DNA of 57,581 nt from Octopus bimaculoides (Eukaryota), in contig NC_068987.1 of assembly GCF_001194135.2 (NCBI RefSeq), forward strand, positions 72,264,021 through 72,321,601, read 5' to 3'. The notes under the pieces were generated by a model. That model did no database searches. It was not told the origin of the DNA and worked only from the letters and a program-made list of their open reading frames with translations. Below, in pieces: positions 26,344 through 39,537 of the stretch; position 1 is the stretch's first letter, and every line of letters begins with the position of its first letter. Both the position numbers and the translations under genes were made by a program.

Positions 26344-26440
26344 AACAGAATAAATAACAGCTACAATATTTGTAATCTATTACTGTCTCCATCATTGTCA
26401 GTCTCTTTATTTCTAATTTCGTACCTTTTATTTATTGTAG

Positions 26441-26556
26441 ACCAAGTCAAGACCAACTTCTCCTGGAGATGAGTATGCCACTCACTGAGACCGAGTCTCT
26501 GTTGGATGTAAACACAGCCAGTAATACTGACAGTTCAAGTATTGACAGTTCTCTAG
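26441..26556 (+). CDS. FAM91A1: FAM91A1 coding exon (poorly conserved S/T/D-rich linker)
   Basis: tag|A...G|gtaaac; PSQDQLLLEMSMPLTETESLLDVNTASNTDSSSIDSSL(E); 116 nt; bridges phase 2 to phase 1 as required by neighbouring exons. Confidence 0.85.
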
Positions 26557-27958
26557 GTAAACACACCTGTTATCACTAACATTTACTATCTGTTAGCTCT
26601 TATATTTAATATTGTCTCCAGTAGTTCCCTTTCCCTATGCTAGCATAGGTGAGATAATTATTGACAGAATTGGACAGTTGTATGTAAATTGCATTATTAT
26701 AAATGTAAGACGTATTTAGTACACCAAATGTGCTTGCTCAGGCTGATGTTTAGCTTAGATATGGTATTAGTTGAATTAAGCCAGCAGTCTTCAGAAGGTA
26801 AGCATTCCCTGATGATCTAATCCATAGATAAGCTGAAGCTCTAACATATGTGACAAGTATTGCCAATAGAGGAGAAAGGATGTTACGATGTGAAGAATGA
26901 AAGAAAGAGAGAGATAGTTTGCTAACACTACATTTCAATTGTATCACAAGTAATTTGTTAGTTTACTCAGCCCTCGGGAGAAAAGATTTTCTCCTGACGT
27001 AGTGAACTAGCACACTTCAGTTCAATGGTTGTGATGGGAATTAAGCACAACAATATGAATAAATTATAAATTAACAACTAAGATTCTAATGTAAAAGATA
27101 TATTATAATGCCAATTTGGAAACTATTGAGACTGTCATCATCATCATCATCAACAGTCATCATCAATAGTCAACATCAACATCACATCTGCTTTCCATAC
27201 TGACATGTGTTGGATGGACCATCAGATTCCAAGACATTCTTTATTCGGAGTTACTGCCCTAATAATTAGGTGAGGAACCACATCTTGCTCATATGTTCCA
27301 TTTTTAGCATGAATTCTACTGCTGGATGTCCTTAAGACTAACCACTTTACAGAGTGAAATATACTAGGCACATTTTATCCATGGTGCCAACACTAATGAG
27401 GTTGTCATGCCATTGGCCAAACTAAAGGATCCTATTGACATCTACATTGCCTCCACTCACTTGCCATCCATTTTACAGAATGTATTTAGCACATTTTTCA
27501 TGGCATTGGCACAAGTGAGATTACTTTGTGCTCCACAAAGCTTGAGAGTACTCACTACCCAACAACATATTTTGCTCATTCAAGGAACCTGACAGAGACA
27601 AGTGACAATTGTGACAAAAAAGAACCAGGGTGAATGGGTGAAGGGAGTAAGAGTATGACAAGAGAACTAGAGTAGGTAGAAATAATGGGGAAACAGAGTA
27701 ATAAATGACAATAAAAAATGTCATGCGGAAGAAGGAGTGTGGCTGATGGCACAGAACGGGTGAAGGTAGGGTGTATTGGTTACAAAGAGTTATGATATAA
27801 CCCCTCATACATAGACAACTTTATGGGAAAGAGAGATAGTGATAATGACTATGAAAAAGGGGCAATTGAATATTGACAGGTCTAGTGCCATCCCTTGTTA
27901 ACAATGTCTGTATGATGCATATACATGGAATAATAATGTGTTTTCTATCCATTTACAG

Positions 27959-28053
27959 AAGTCAGTGGTCAAAATGCTGGGTCAGCAAAGAGAATAGTTT
28001 TCCTGTTTGATTCTACACTAACAGCATTCCTTATGATGGGAAATTTGTCTCAG
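27959..28053 (+). CDS. FAM91A1: FAM91A1 coding exon
   Basis: cag|AA...CAG|gtccga; [31 protein letters not shown]; 95 nt; weak donor. Confidence 0.93.
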
Positions 28054-28554
28054 GTCCGACATTTTACTCACTTCACAGCTCTGTTACAGTTTTGCACACA
28101 TCAGTATATATACATCTGTGAATGAATGTTTGTGTGTGTGTGTGTGTGTGTGTGTGCATTCTCTTATTCTTTTACTGGTTTCAGTCATTGGAATTTGGCC
28201 ATGCTAGAGCACCGCTTCCAATTGTTTTAGTCTTCCCTCGTATCGAGCCCAATACTTAATTCAACTTTGTTGATTTCTACTTGCCAAACTGTTAAGTTAT
28301 TTGCCAATAACTTGACAGATTGGCAAATAGCAACACATCATAAGCACAGATAAACATGCATGCACACACACACATGTTGACTTTGTTGTCTGTTATAGTT
28401 GGTCTGAGTATCTACATACATCTTGATAGTTCTCCAAAATGCAAGACTGGACAAGGTTTTTTTGTGGAAGACTAGTAGTTGCTCAAACAAGCAAGCGTCC
28501 TTTCTCTATGTCACTGATGTTGCCCAATAGAAACCCAAGACCAATACAGTTCAG

Positions 28555-28847
28555 CAGTGGAAGACTGGCCAGGTTGCCAGCTTGCCTGATGGCAAGTGGG
28601 CCCCTGCACCATTAGAATCCATGTATGTGGGCCCATGTTAGTATCTAAGGGGCCCATCCCCTCAAGTTTGAGAATTTTTTATTCACTCCTGGAAGAATGC
28701 GTTAATTATGCCAGCCTGACTGTGTTTGTAGACAGTTGAAAAGAATACTTAAAAAAAAAAAATAATAAATAAATGATAGCATTGTAGTTACAGGTGGGCC
28801 CACCTAGTCTCCTAGCAACCAATATTTTTAGACTCAGTCTGCCACTG
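28555..28847. mobile_element. hAT-superfamily MITE with perfect 8-bp TSD
   Basis: TIR cagtggaagactg / cagtctgccactg; TSD cagttcag at 28547-28554 and 28848-28855. Confidence 0.85.
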
Positions 28848-30226
28848 CAGTTCAGTACCAGCATTGGTTCAGGTCTTGCTATCAGAGCAGATACCACTAA
28901 GCATCCTACCTGGGACACAGTTTTGTTGTACCTTTACTCTAGACAGGTACTTTATTTACTGACCCCAAAAGGATGAATGGCAAGATTGTCCTTGGCAGTA
29001 TTTGAACTTGGAGCATAGAAAATCATAAAAAATACTACTAGACATTATATCTAACGCTTGTGCAATTCTGCCAATTCTAAATCATATGGTGTCACATATA
29101 AAGCACTCAGTACATTCTGTAAAGTGGTTGGTGTTCAGCTGTAGAAATCAAGCCAAAACAGACTATGGAACCTGGTGTAACCCCTGGTTTTACCAGCACT
29201 TGTCAAGCCATTCAACCCATGCCAGTGTGGAAAACGAATGGCCATGTGATTAAGATGTTTTTGCTTCCCAACCACATAGTTTCAGTTCTGTTGTGCCTTG
29301 AATAAAGGTCTACTATAGCCCTGAACTGACTAATGCCTTGTGAATGGATTTGATGCACAGAAGCTGAGGGAGGCTCCTCATGTATGTATGTATTTATTGC
29401 AAGTTTGTGTGTGTGTGTATGTTTGTAGACCTTGTCTTGGTATTGCATGATTGTTGTAAATGTATTTCATTCATTTCCAGTATTCTGTGAAAACATGTCT
29501 GGTCATAGGGAAACATTACCTTGCTTGGAAATGGGCAAAGGTTTGTGACAAGAACAGTATCTGACAATAGAAAAAACCTGCCTCAGTAAACTTTATCCGA
29601 CCCAGTCAAGCATGGAAAAGTGGACATTGAAAATTAAAAGAATAAATAAACCATTTAGAGAATGAAATGAAAAGCTCACTTATATTGACGCAGGTTCATG
29701 CTATTCATCTAGAGTCTTCAAAAATTTAGCAATATATAAGCAGAAAGATTTTAAATTTGTCCTACTAAAAGGAAACTTTTGACAAAGCAGTTCCTTATTA
29801 TAATAACACCTTAAAAGCAAGTGGATTCAAGGATACAAGCTAATACTCAAACCCAGTATCATTTGGTTTATACCTAAACTTTAAGTCCAACATTGTAAAA
29901 TCTTTTCTAAAGTTAATCAATAAATACTACATTACTAACCATAAATATAGAAAACTGTTGAACAGGTATGAAGAGTATTACATCTCATAAAATTACTTAA
30001 CTTACTGATGCCAATTGTTCATGTTGAGACATCAATACACACATACTGAAGGGTCCTGTAACACAGAGACTATCACATATGAAGCAAAAGTCAAGCAATA
30101 AAAATGGTATCTATGACGACTATTTTTCATGCCTAACTTTATTTGATAATATAATTTATTTTATTTATATATATGTATATATATTGTTTATACTATTCTC
30201 CTCTTTTTTTTCTTTTGTGTCACCAG

Positions 30227-30313
30227 GGTCTTAAGAGTCATGCAGTGACAATGTTTGAGGTTGGGAAACTGAGTGATGAGTCAATGGACAGCTTTTTAAC
30301 AGAGTTAGAAAAA
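30227..30313 (+). CDS. FAM91A1: FAM91A1 coding exon
   Basis: cag|GGT...AAA|gtaggt; GLKSHAVTMFEVGKLSDESMDSFLTELEK; 87 nt. Confidence 0.97.
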
Positions 30314-31698
30314 GTAGGTGCCATATTTTTTTTTTTTTTTTTTTGTAGTTGCAGATCTGCAAAAGATTACTGATTCATTTTATTTATTACATGAATACAT
30401 ACATGTACACACACACACACATATATATTTTATAGCTGTCACTGGCAAGTATGACTTGATAGGATATACTGTGCTTTTACTAATTGCTTAATTGTTTTAG
30501 GTGACTATGTAGATGTTGCATTTCTAGACAACCCCAGATAATGATAATTTTATGATGAAAAGCAAATTTAACCGTGATGTGATTTGCACTCATAATATAA
30601 AGGGAGGTTACAAAATACTGATCCTTGTGACATAATTGTATGACCAGTGAGTCCTTTAACCAGCAATGTATCTTAGGAAATTTAGAGTGGCAGAGCCCTT
30701 CCACCTTCAAACAATCCCCATTGAACTGCAGACTAATGAAATATTTATTAGTTTTGTATAATTATTACTGCTTGAATTGGGCATATCCTTCCTACCATGT
30801 GATGGTTCATTCTTTCTTTGTAGCACCTATTTATAACTGTGGGTTGAGCCATAAACAGTATAGCAACACTAACTGTATACCAATTAGTCTTCAGCCTTTG
30901 GTTGTCTAGCTCTCTTTGCACTCATCTGTCCACTCTCTCAGTGATTGATCAAATTAACATAATTCACTAAGAGAATGAGTAAAAGAGAGCCAGAACCTGT
31001 GATCTTTGCAGGCTTTCCCAGGTTAAAAAGGAAAATGTGAACATTGACTGTGTTGAATCTAACCTCAGTCACTCATGTGACATTTAGGAATGCTTACTAC
31101 AACATAATTGAGAGAGAAACAGATTGAGTGAATTTTTAGGTATCTTTTATGATTTCAAAACATTATCGCATATATTAGTTGTAGGCATGGCTGTGTGGTA
31201 ATAAATTTGCTACTTGACCATATGAGGTCTTGACCATATAAGGTCAAGTTCAGTTTCACTGTATTGCACTTGGGATAGTATCTTACATTATGGCCCCAAG
31301 CATTGTGAGTGGACTTGGTAGATGGAAACTGGAAGAAGCCCATTGTGTGTGTGTGTGTTACTATCTCCCCTGTCTTGGACATTATGTGATAGTTGTAAAT
31401 GATTGTCACTGCCATACAAGCAGTGTCATTCATTTCCAATATACTATGAAAACATGTCTGACCAGGGATAAATATTACTTTGCTTGGAAATAGGTAAGGG
31501 TTGGCATCAAGAAGGGTATCTGGTTGTAGAAAATCTGTTTCAATAAACTCCACACAACCCATCTGAGCATGGAAAAGTGGACATTAAAATAATGATGATA
31601 ATGATAGTTAGCTGGTGAATTAAGTTTTTTTTTAGAAAAGTTTATTGATTGTTTTATTATTAATCCTTTATTAATAACATGCTTGATTCAAACAACAG

Positions 31699-31907
31699 GT
31701 TGGTTCTGAAGCTGAAGGGGAAGCACAGCGTTACTTCGACCATGCTGTTACCCTAAGGTACACAATCAGATTCCTTCGTTACAACAAAAACCTCTTTCCG
31801 GACTCTAACGCAAATTCCTCTGGTCTTGGCATAGATCTGATCCGATGTGAGAGTCTCTTAAGCTTAGACGCAGCTACTCGAGCTCGGATTCTGAACAAAA
31901 ATTATAC
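31699..31907 (+). CDS. FAM91A1: FAM91A1 coding exon
   Basis: cag|GTT...AC|gtaagt; VGSEAEGEAQRYFDHAVTLRYTIRFLRYNKNLFPDSNANSSGLGIDLIRCESLLSLDAATRARILNKNY(T); 209 nt. Confidence 0.97.
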
Positions 31908-31942
31908 GTAAGTTATTTACATCTATTTTACAATAATATTAT

Positions 31943-31989
<47 letters not shown>

Positions 31990-32063
31990 AATGAGGATAA
32001 GATTGATATTTAAAATATTGATCTTATCAAGTGGTCAGCATGGGAATAAAAACCATCAAAGGT

Positions 32064-32266
32064 AATAATTATTTAAAATTATAATACAGGGTATCAAGAG
32101 ATACCACCACGCTGAAAAAATAGCAGTCAAATCCTGACTCTAAAACCACAATAAATGTCCGCATGGCACGATGCGGACATTTATTGTGGTTTTAGAGTCA
32201 AGATTTGACTGCTATTTTTTCAGCGTGGTGGTATCTCTTGATACCTTGTATTATAATTTTAAATAA

Positions 32267-32271
<5 letters not shown>
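32064..32271. repeat. 208-bp near-perfect palindrome (101-bp arms, 6-nt loop) within a (TA)n-embedded element
   Basis: 32064-32164 is the reverse complement of 32171-32271 with 2 mismatches; loop ggcacg. Confidence 0.95.
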
Positions 32272-32309
<38 letters not shown>

Positions 32310-35300
32310 GCACTGTACATGTGTATTATGTAGGTATCATAATATGCTTGCTTTTGTTGTTACACTTGGTTTTTGATTTATTATTTCTCCAAAAGTTCTC
32401 TTGGATTTTACAGACCTGTATATTTAGAAAATTTTAAAATATTTATAAATCAAATATTTAATGGTTCTTGGTAGATAATTCATAGTATCAGTTACTGTAT
32501 CATAAAATGACAGTTGATATTATGAGTAAATGTGATTTTCTATCTGTTTGTCTGTCTGTCCATCTCTCTCCCTTTCTCCCTCACACACACACACACACAC
32601 ACACAACATACCTGTTTCTATATGCTATACCTGCCCTCACTGCCGTTTAACATCACCAGTTAGCCCAGGGATGCTTTTTAATGGAGTTCACTCTGTTGCA
32701 AGCATTCAGGCCAAATCTTTGGCTCAGGGCTAACTTACACCCACCAGCCTTGGAGGATCTGTGAAAATAAATCATCATAGTGCTTCCCTTATCTCCCTGA
32801 CTAAATGATTAAAAAAAATAATAAGCACCCTATCTAGTCATGACTATAAGTGTAGGCATGGCTATAAGTGTTTGACAAGCTTGTTTTGCAACTCTGTAGT
32901 TCCAGGCTCAATCCCACAGAGTAGAACCTCAGGCAAGTAACTTTTTAACCTTTTTGGTAGCTCTTCGTTTTTTTTCTTTTTAAGGTTACGTAGGTTGTTT
33001 TCTAACCGATATTCAAGAAATTATGTAAATCTGACTCGCAAGGTCTTGTTCAATATTATTTTTATTAAATCCAAATTCAATCGTTTAAACAGTATTATAA
33101 ATAAAACAGGAGTGTTCTCCCTTAGTTTACTTGAAATTAGGAGAAGGCATGGGATAAAAGGCTTTTTTCTAATTCATTTTCTTCTGAGAGTTTACTTGTC
33201 AAGAAGAAAAACAAGTATTGAATTTCTTAACTAATTATTCAAACTACTCTAGAACGAATTTAGGTGAATGACTTAAGGTCATGATGGAGAAAAATAGATA
33301 ATGCAATGTGTATTTCATGAGCATGACAATAATTTAATACTACAAGACATGCAGAATTGCGAGTAACAAAACTTCTTGCGGCAGCCTAAAAGTCACAGAA
33401 AAATATCAGAAATCCTGGGTTTTTATAAGTTACTTAGATATTTCTAGAAGCGTCCAGAAACTAAATTTCAGAAGAATTTTTGGTTGAAAACTAGGATGGC
33501 TTCGGCTAATAACTTATTAAGCCAATGAAAAGAATCTTTTCAAATTGACTTTGTCTAAATTTGTATTTTGGTGCCAAAAGAAAATTTCTATGGAACAACT
33601 CCAGTTGATTTCAAAACATACCTGCTACAAAGCTTTTTACTACACCTTCTACTGTAACCCTTAGTCAACTGATGTCTTGTGAATAAATTTGGTAGGCAGA
33701 AACTGAGGAAGCCCATGTGTGTGTGTGTTTGTCCCCCACTTTCTCCCCACTGATTGACAACCAATATGGTCTGTTTATGTTCCTGTAACTTAAAAGATTG
33801 GCAAAAGAGACTAACAGAACACATACCAGACTTAAAAAATAAGTACTGGGGTCAATTTGTTTGACTAAATCCTTCAGGGTGGTGCCCCAGCATGGTCACA
33901 GTTCAAGAACTGAAACAAGAGGTACTTCTCCTTACATTTATACTTTATCTGTCTTTATACTTCCACCATATTATAGACATTACATTCTATCTGTCACTCT
34001 TCAGTTTATAAATCTAAATATTACATGATGGAGGCACATACAGCATAATTCCTGAATAATCACATCCAAGGTTCAAGACCAGCAAACTCTATCCGCATAC
34101 TTGGACAACTAGTTCCAGACATATATGTGCTTGTGCAGAACTGGTTAAAGCTATCTAACAAATTCTAAAGTACTAGTTTCAAAAACTGTACGTTAAAATG
34201 TAACAAAAATGAGATGATGACGATAAGAAAAATGATGACATCAACAACAATGATGATGACTATAATGATGATGATGATGATTCTTTTCAGCTTATGGAGA
34301 TTATGAAAACTGGTTCTTAATTACAGACTTGCAACTTGGTGAGCAGGACCAAGGAGTATTAAATCTGCTCTGGGTCACAGCATTAAAATAGTGTCACCCT
34401 TTCTGTTGGTTAACCAGTAACTTCAGCCAATTATATTTCTCCATCAAACTAAGTTAATATATGCACAAGCACAGAAATAATAACTAGGCATGAAAATGCA
34501 TCTCTCCCTCTTGCTGTCTATGTATATATAATACTTTCTAATCTATGCACAATTCCTTTTCAATTTGTTAGAAGTTTTACATTTGATATAATATAAAATT
34601 TCAAGAAATGACCTTAATTTCATTATTTTTGGACAAACCCAATTTTTATAGAAGTGAAAATATAGTTGGGGGAATCAATACATGTATGGTTATTTTTATA
34701 GAGGAAAAGGGTTGTATAGTTGAATGAATCAACACATGTATAGTTATTTTTCTGGAAGAGGAGGAGTACAGTGGCAGGAATTAACTTGAGTGGTTATTTG
34801 TATTTAGTTTATCAACTATGGAGATATAAACTCCAAAGTCAAACCCAAATGAAATTTGAGCATAAATTCAAAACCAATAAAATTAAAAACTGCAAACTAT
34901 TCAGTCCAAATTTCCAACAGTTTCTGAAGATTTCATTATCCTTAATATTAAAATCAATATGGCAAAATTGTTAGCACTCCGGGCAAAATGCTTTGCAGCA
35001 TTTCGTTTGTCTTTATGTTTTGAGTTACCAAGGTTGACTTAGCTCTCCCTCAAAATTTCAGGAATATATGTATCATCATTGTCATCATCATCATTATCAT
35101 CATGTTGTGTCTGCTTTCCATACTTGCATAAGTTGGACAGGTCATCACAGTCTGAGTCCTTATTCAGAGTTATTGCTCTCCTGAACAGATTGGAGAACCA
35201 CATCTTACTTGTACATTTCATTATTTTGGCTTAGTTTCTACAGCTAGATGCCCTTCCTATCATCAACCACTCTACATATTATCCTGGGTGAATGTTATTA

Positions 35301-35906
35301 TGGCACCAACACTTGACCCTATGTGGTCTCTGCTCATTTGCTGACCCCTTTACAAGAGTGTACAGGGTGCATTTTATAATTGTACTGGCACTAGATGGGA
35401 TTGTCTTGCATCAAGTAAGGTTAGAGAGTCCTCACTATTCTTTGATGTACACTTCAGTAATGTATCCATGAAGGTGAACTCAAGATAGAGCTGTGACAGG
35501 AGAACCAGGAAGGATGGGTTATGTTGCAAGAAGTGTGAGTAGAGCAAAAGAGAGAATGAATGGGTAGCAGACAGTAATAGGAGTAGAGGAGGGCTGATAG
35601 TAACGAGAGAATGAAGGTGGTCAATGGTGATATAATTTCTGTTGTAATGGCAGTGGAGTGGCCGAAAGCGTTTGAATGACAGGCAACATTTCATTTTGTC
35701 ATTATCTTTGCTTTAGTGTAATTCCTAAATGTTGAAACTTTCATCTCCTTCTGTTATCATATTCTAGCATCTTCTATATGTGTTTAATAGATTTACCTGA
35801 CACTTCTTATACTGAATTAGTGCAACTGACCTGGTCCTTTTCCCATTTTGAGCCTTTTTCCAATGTGAAAAATCAATAATATTTGCTTTATCAATTTTAT
35901 TTTCAG

Positions 35907-35994
35907 TTTGCTAGTCTCCATGGCACCATTGAGCTATGAAGTAAAACCAGTTTGTAGTTGTACACCACAACATATAGGTCCTACGATTCCAGAG
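35907..35994 (+). CDS. FAM91A1: FAM91A1 coding exon
   Basis: cag|T...GAG|gtaaga; LLVSMAPLSYEVKPVCSCTPQHIGPTIPE; 88 nt. Confidence 0.97.
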
Positions 35995-36214
35995 GTAAGA
36001 AAGAAGGCCTTCGAGACCTTTTTTTTTTATTTTCCCGGTTAATCTCTCTCAGACTTTATTCATCAAGACAGACTAAAGCCAACAGAGTTATGTCCCTTCC
36101 CTAGCGGTACACCAAAATGGCCGTAGTAGGAAGGTTTTCAAACTTAACTTTTTCCATGCAGCTTGACAGGATGCTCAGGATAGCTCAGTGATTACGGAGT
36201 CTCTCCAGGTTGAG

Positions 36215-36515
36215 CTGCTACTTCTCTGCATTGGGAAGCCACAGCTCCCACACCACTGATACATGATGTAATTAGAATATTGCAGGAAAGAATTGCAAGA
36301 CGGATTCTTCAAGCTGAACCAACCAACAGAAAAGGGAAAGACCAAAAATGAAATGGTTGGATAATACCCATAGTCTCAGTTGGTCATGATTCAGAATCCA
36401 GTCAGAAAGTCTAATGACAATTGCATCTGACAGGACTCTATAGAGGAAATGCCTGATTACTCTACCCTCACAAACCTCCGAGGAATAGTGGACAGAGAAA
36501 ATGGATGAATGGAAT
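36215..36515 (+). mobile_element. Decayed RTE-like LINE 3' end
   Basis: RIARRILQAEPTNR / KRERPKMKWLDNTHSLSWS (RGRP-x-x-x-W-x-D type motif) followed by an atggatgaatgg tail. Confidence 0.55.
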
Positions 36516-36915
36516 ATTCTTCAGTTTTTAAATGTAGTAATTTTTGTATTTCATCTTTTATATAACATTTATTATTATTTTTTTTTTTTGCATAACATAT
36601 TCATGAACGTTTTATAGTTTATCAAATTTGTTTTTAAACAGAAAGAGTTTTTGTTGTTGCAAACCTTTCAAAATTACATTTTGATTGTAGGTTGGGAACT
36701 TCTAAGCTAAGTCTACTCAGCTCTTCAATTTGTTCTTGTATTTTTGTACTTTCTGTTTATTTATGATTAGAAAAATTGTCTCAATCCCTTTAAAAGTTAT
36801 ATTTTATTTGATAAAACATACAAACAAAATAAAGTGAAAGAATCCTTGGTCAATTATTTCCTGTAATTCTTTGAAGATGTTTACCACCCATGAAACTTTT
36901 GAATTTCTTCAACAG

Positions 36916-37026
36916 GTTAACTCGGTATGGTTCAAGTTGTTTATATACCACTTGACTGGGAGTGGCCCACCATCTGTATTATTAGTAAAAGGTACAAAAC
37001 TGAGGCGGTTACCAGCAATATTTCAG
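36916..37026 (+). CDS. FAM91A1: FAM91A1 coding exon
   Basis: cag|GTT...CAG|gtatgt; [37 protein letters not shown]; 111 nt. Confidence 0.97.
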
Positions 37027-37873
37027 GTATGTACTTTTATAGTTTCTATTGGTACAAGATGAGATGTTTGTTAGGTGAGGGTGGTGGACTACAGTTGATT
37101 TAACTGACCCTAGTATTTGGTTCTACTTATTTTTTAAGTCACACATTTGTAGTGAAAGGGTGTCATTTCATTAATAACCCCAGTACATGATTATATTTTC
37201 CACAATAGAATGAAATCAAAGTCAATTATAGTAAGGTTCCAGTCATTCTATACGTGTTTAATCTAGTGTTTTACTACTTCAATGCATTTAAACTTGTGTT
37301 GCTTAATAGTCATTTCCTCTTCATAATAATAATAATAATTCTTTCTACTATAAATATGAGTCTTGAAATTTTGGGCGAGAAGATTGTTGATTACGCCAAT
37401 CCCATATCTGACTGATATTTTATTTGACCTAACCTGAAAAGATTAAGGGCAAAGATGGCCTCAGCAGCATTTAAACGGATGTAGCATTAGCAGGGCAGTC
37501 GAATTACTTCACCCCAGTGTACTAGCACACTGGTGCTGCATTCGACTGCTCATTTAAAGCTAACAGCAGAGGAAGATGCATGACGACTTCCACCCAGAGT
37601 AATAGTGCACTTTTCAAAGGCATTTTATCCAGTTGCTGTCTAAATGTCAGAACATTAACATCTGGTTCCCTTTCATCGCTGCTTTATCCCATTCATATGT
37701 AGACACTAATCTATCGACAAGTTTGTGGCCCATCTAGCTCAACATGCTATGGGATTTCTACCTCACCTCATTACTACTTCAAAACTCATTGGATATTTTA
37801 GATTTGCTGCCAAGTACTGGAACTAACTACTTTGATGTGTATTAAGGAATTAACTCATGCCTCCTACATTACC

Positions 37874-37923
<50 letters not shown>

Positions 37924-38674
37924 TACATTGATGAGGATGATCTCTAATTGATGAATAAAGTCACAAATTTGGTAACATGGTTTTTCTAATTCACATCAGT
38001 TCTTGATTTGTATGTATTTTATTGATCTCCTGGAAGGATGAAAGGAAAAGTTGACCTCTGTGAAATTTGAACTGAGAACATAAAGGGTTCTAAGTGAAAA
38101 CTGCAAGACATATTTTGTTGGGCACTCTACAGATACTGCTTTTTACAAAATTAACAGGTAAATTAGGACAAATAGTAGTTTTTAGGTGGAACTGCTCTCA
38201 TTTCCCCCCACATCATAATGTACCTTGCCCTGTAGTAACAATACAATCCCAAAGACATAGTTTAAACTCATGGAATTTGGTCAGTGATATTGTAAATCAA
38301 ATCAAATCAAACACCCAGAGAGTATTACACAGTATTGTCAGGGCAATTTAAAGTATCCCCTTTTCTTACCCCAAAACTTGTTTGTTCTTCACTTCTACAA
38401 ATTCCATATATGTACATAAATTATTCATATCATTATCATCATTTTAACATCCACTTTTCCATGCTTGTACGGGTCAAATGTAGTTTACTGAGGCTAATTT
38501 CCTATGACCAAATGCTTTCCTTGTCACCAACCCTCACTTATTTCCAAGCGAAGTAATGTTTTCTCTTGGCCGGAAATGAATGACACTGCTTGTGTGGCAG
38601 TGACATTCCTTTATAACTATCAGGTGAAGTTTAGAGAAGGTAACACAAACATACACATGCTCACACATATATAT

Positions 38675-38714
<40 letters not shown>

Positions 38715-38906
38715 GCACACATGTATAAACATTCACATACAAAATGACATGTATTCATATGCATATAGTTATATGTGTGTATGTGTATATATATATATAT
38801 ATATAAATAAGGATAAGATCGATATTTAAATATCGATTTTATCAAGTGGCCAGCATGGGAATAAAAACCATCAAAGGTAACAATTCTTTAAAATTATAAT
38901 TTAGGG

Positions 38907-39537
38907 NNNNNNNNNNNNNNNNNNNNNNNNNNNNNNNNNNNNNNNNNNNNNNNNNNNNNNNNNNNNNNNNNNNNNNNNNNNNNNNNNNNNNNNNNNNNNN
39001 NNNNNNNNNNNNNNNNNNNNNNNNNNNNNNNNNNNNNNNNNNNNNNNNNNNNNNNNNNNNNNNNNNNNNNNNNNNNNNNNNNNNNNNNNNNNNNNNNNNN
39101 NNNNNNNNNNNNNNNNNNNNNNNNNNNNNNNNNNNNNNNNNNNNNNNNNNNNNNNNNNNNNNNNNNNNNNNNNNNNNNNNNNNNNNNNNNNNNNNNNNNN
39201 NNNNNNNNNNNNNNNNNNNNNNNNNNNNNNNNNNNNNNNNNNNNNNNNNNNNNNNNNNNNNNNNNNNNNNNNNNNNNNNNNNNNNNNNNNNNNNNNNNNN
39301 NNNNNNNNNNNNNNNNNNNNNNNNNNNNNNNNNNNNNNNNNNNNNNNNNNNNNNNNNNNNNNNNNNNNNNNNNNNNNNNNNNNNNNNNNNNNNNNNNNNN
39401 NNNNNNNNNNNNNNNNNNNNNNNNNNNNNNNNNNNNNNNNNNNNNNNNNNNNNNNNNNNNNNNNNNNNNNNNNNNNNNNNNNNNNNNNNNNNNNNNNNNN
39501 NNNNNNNNNNNNNNNNNNNNNNNNNNNNNNNNNNNNN
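38907..39537. other. Assembly gap (631 N)
   Basis: Run of N; a 10-N gap also lies at 927-936. Confidence 1.
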
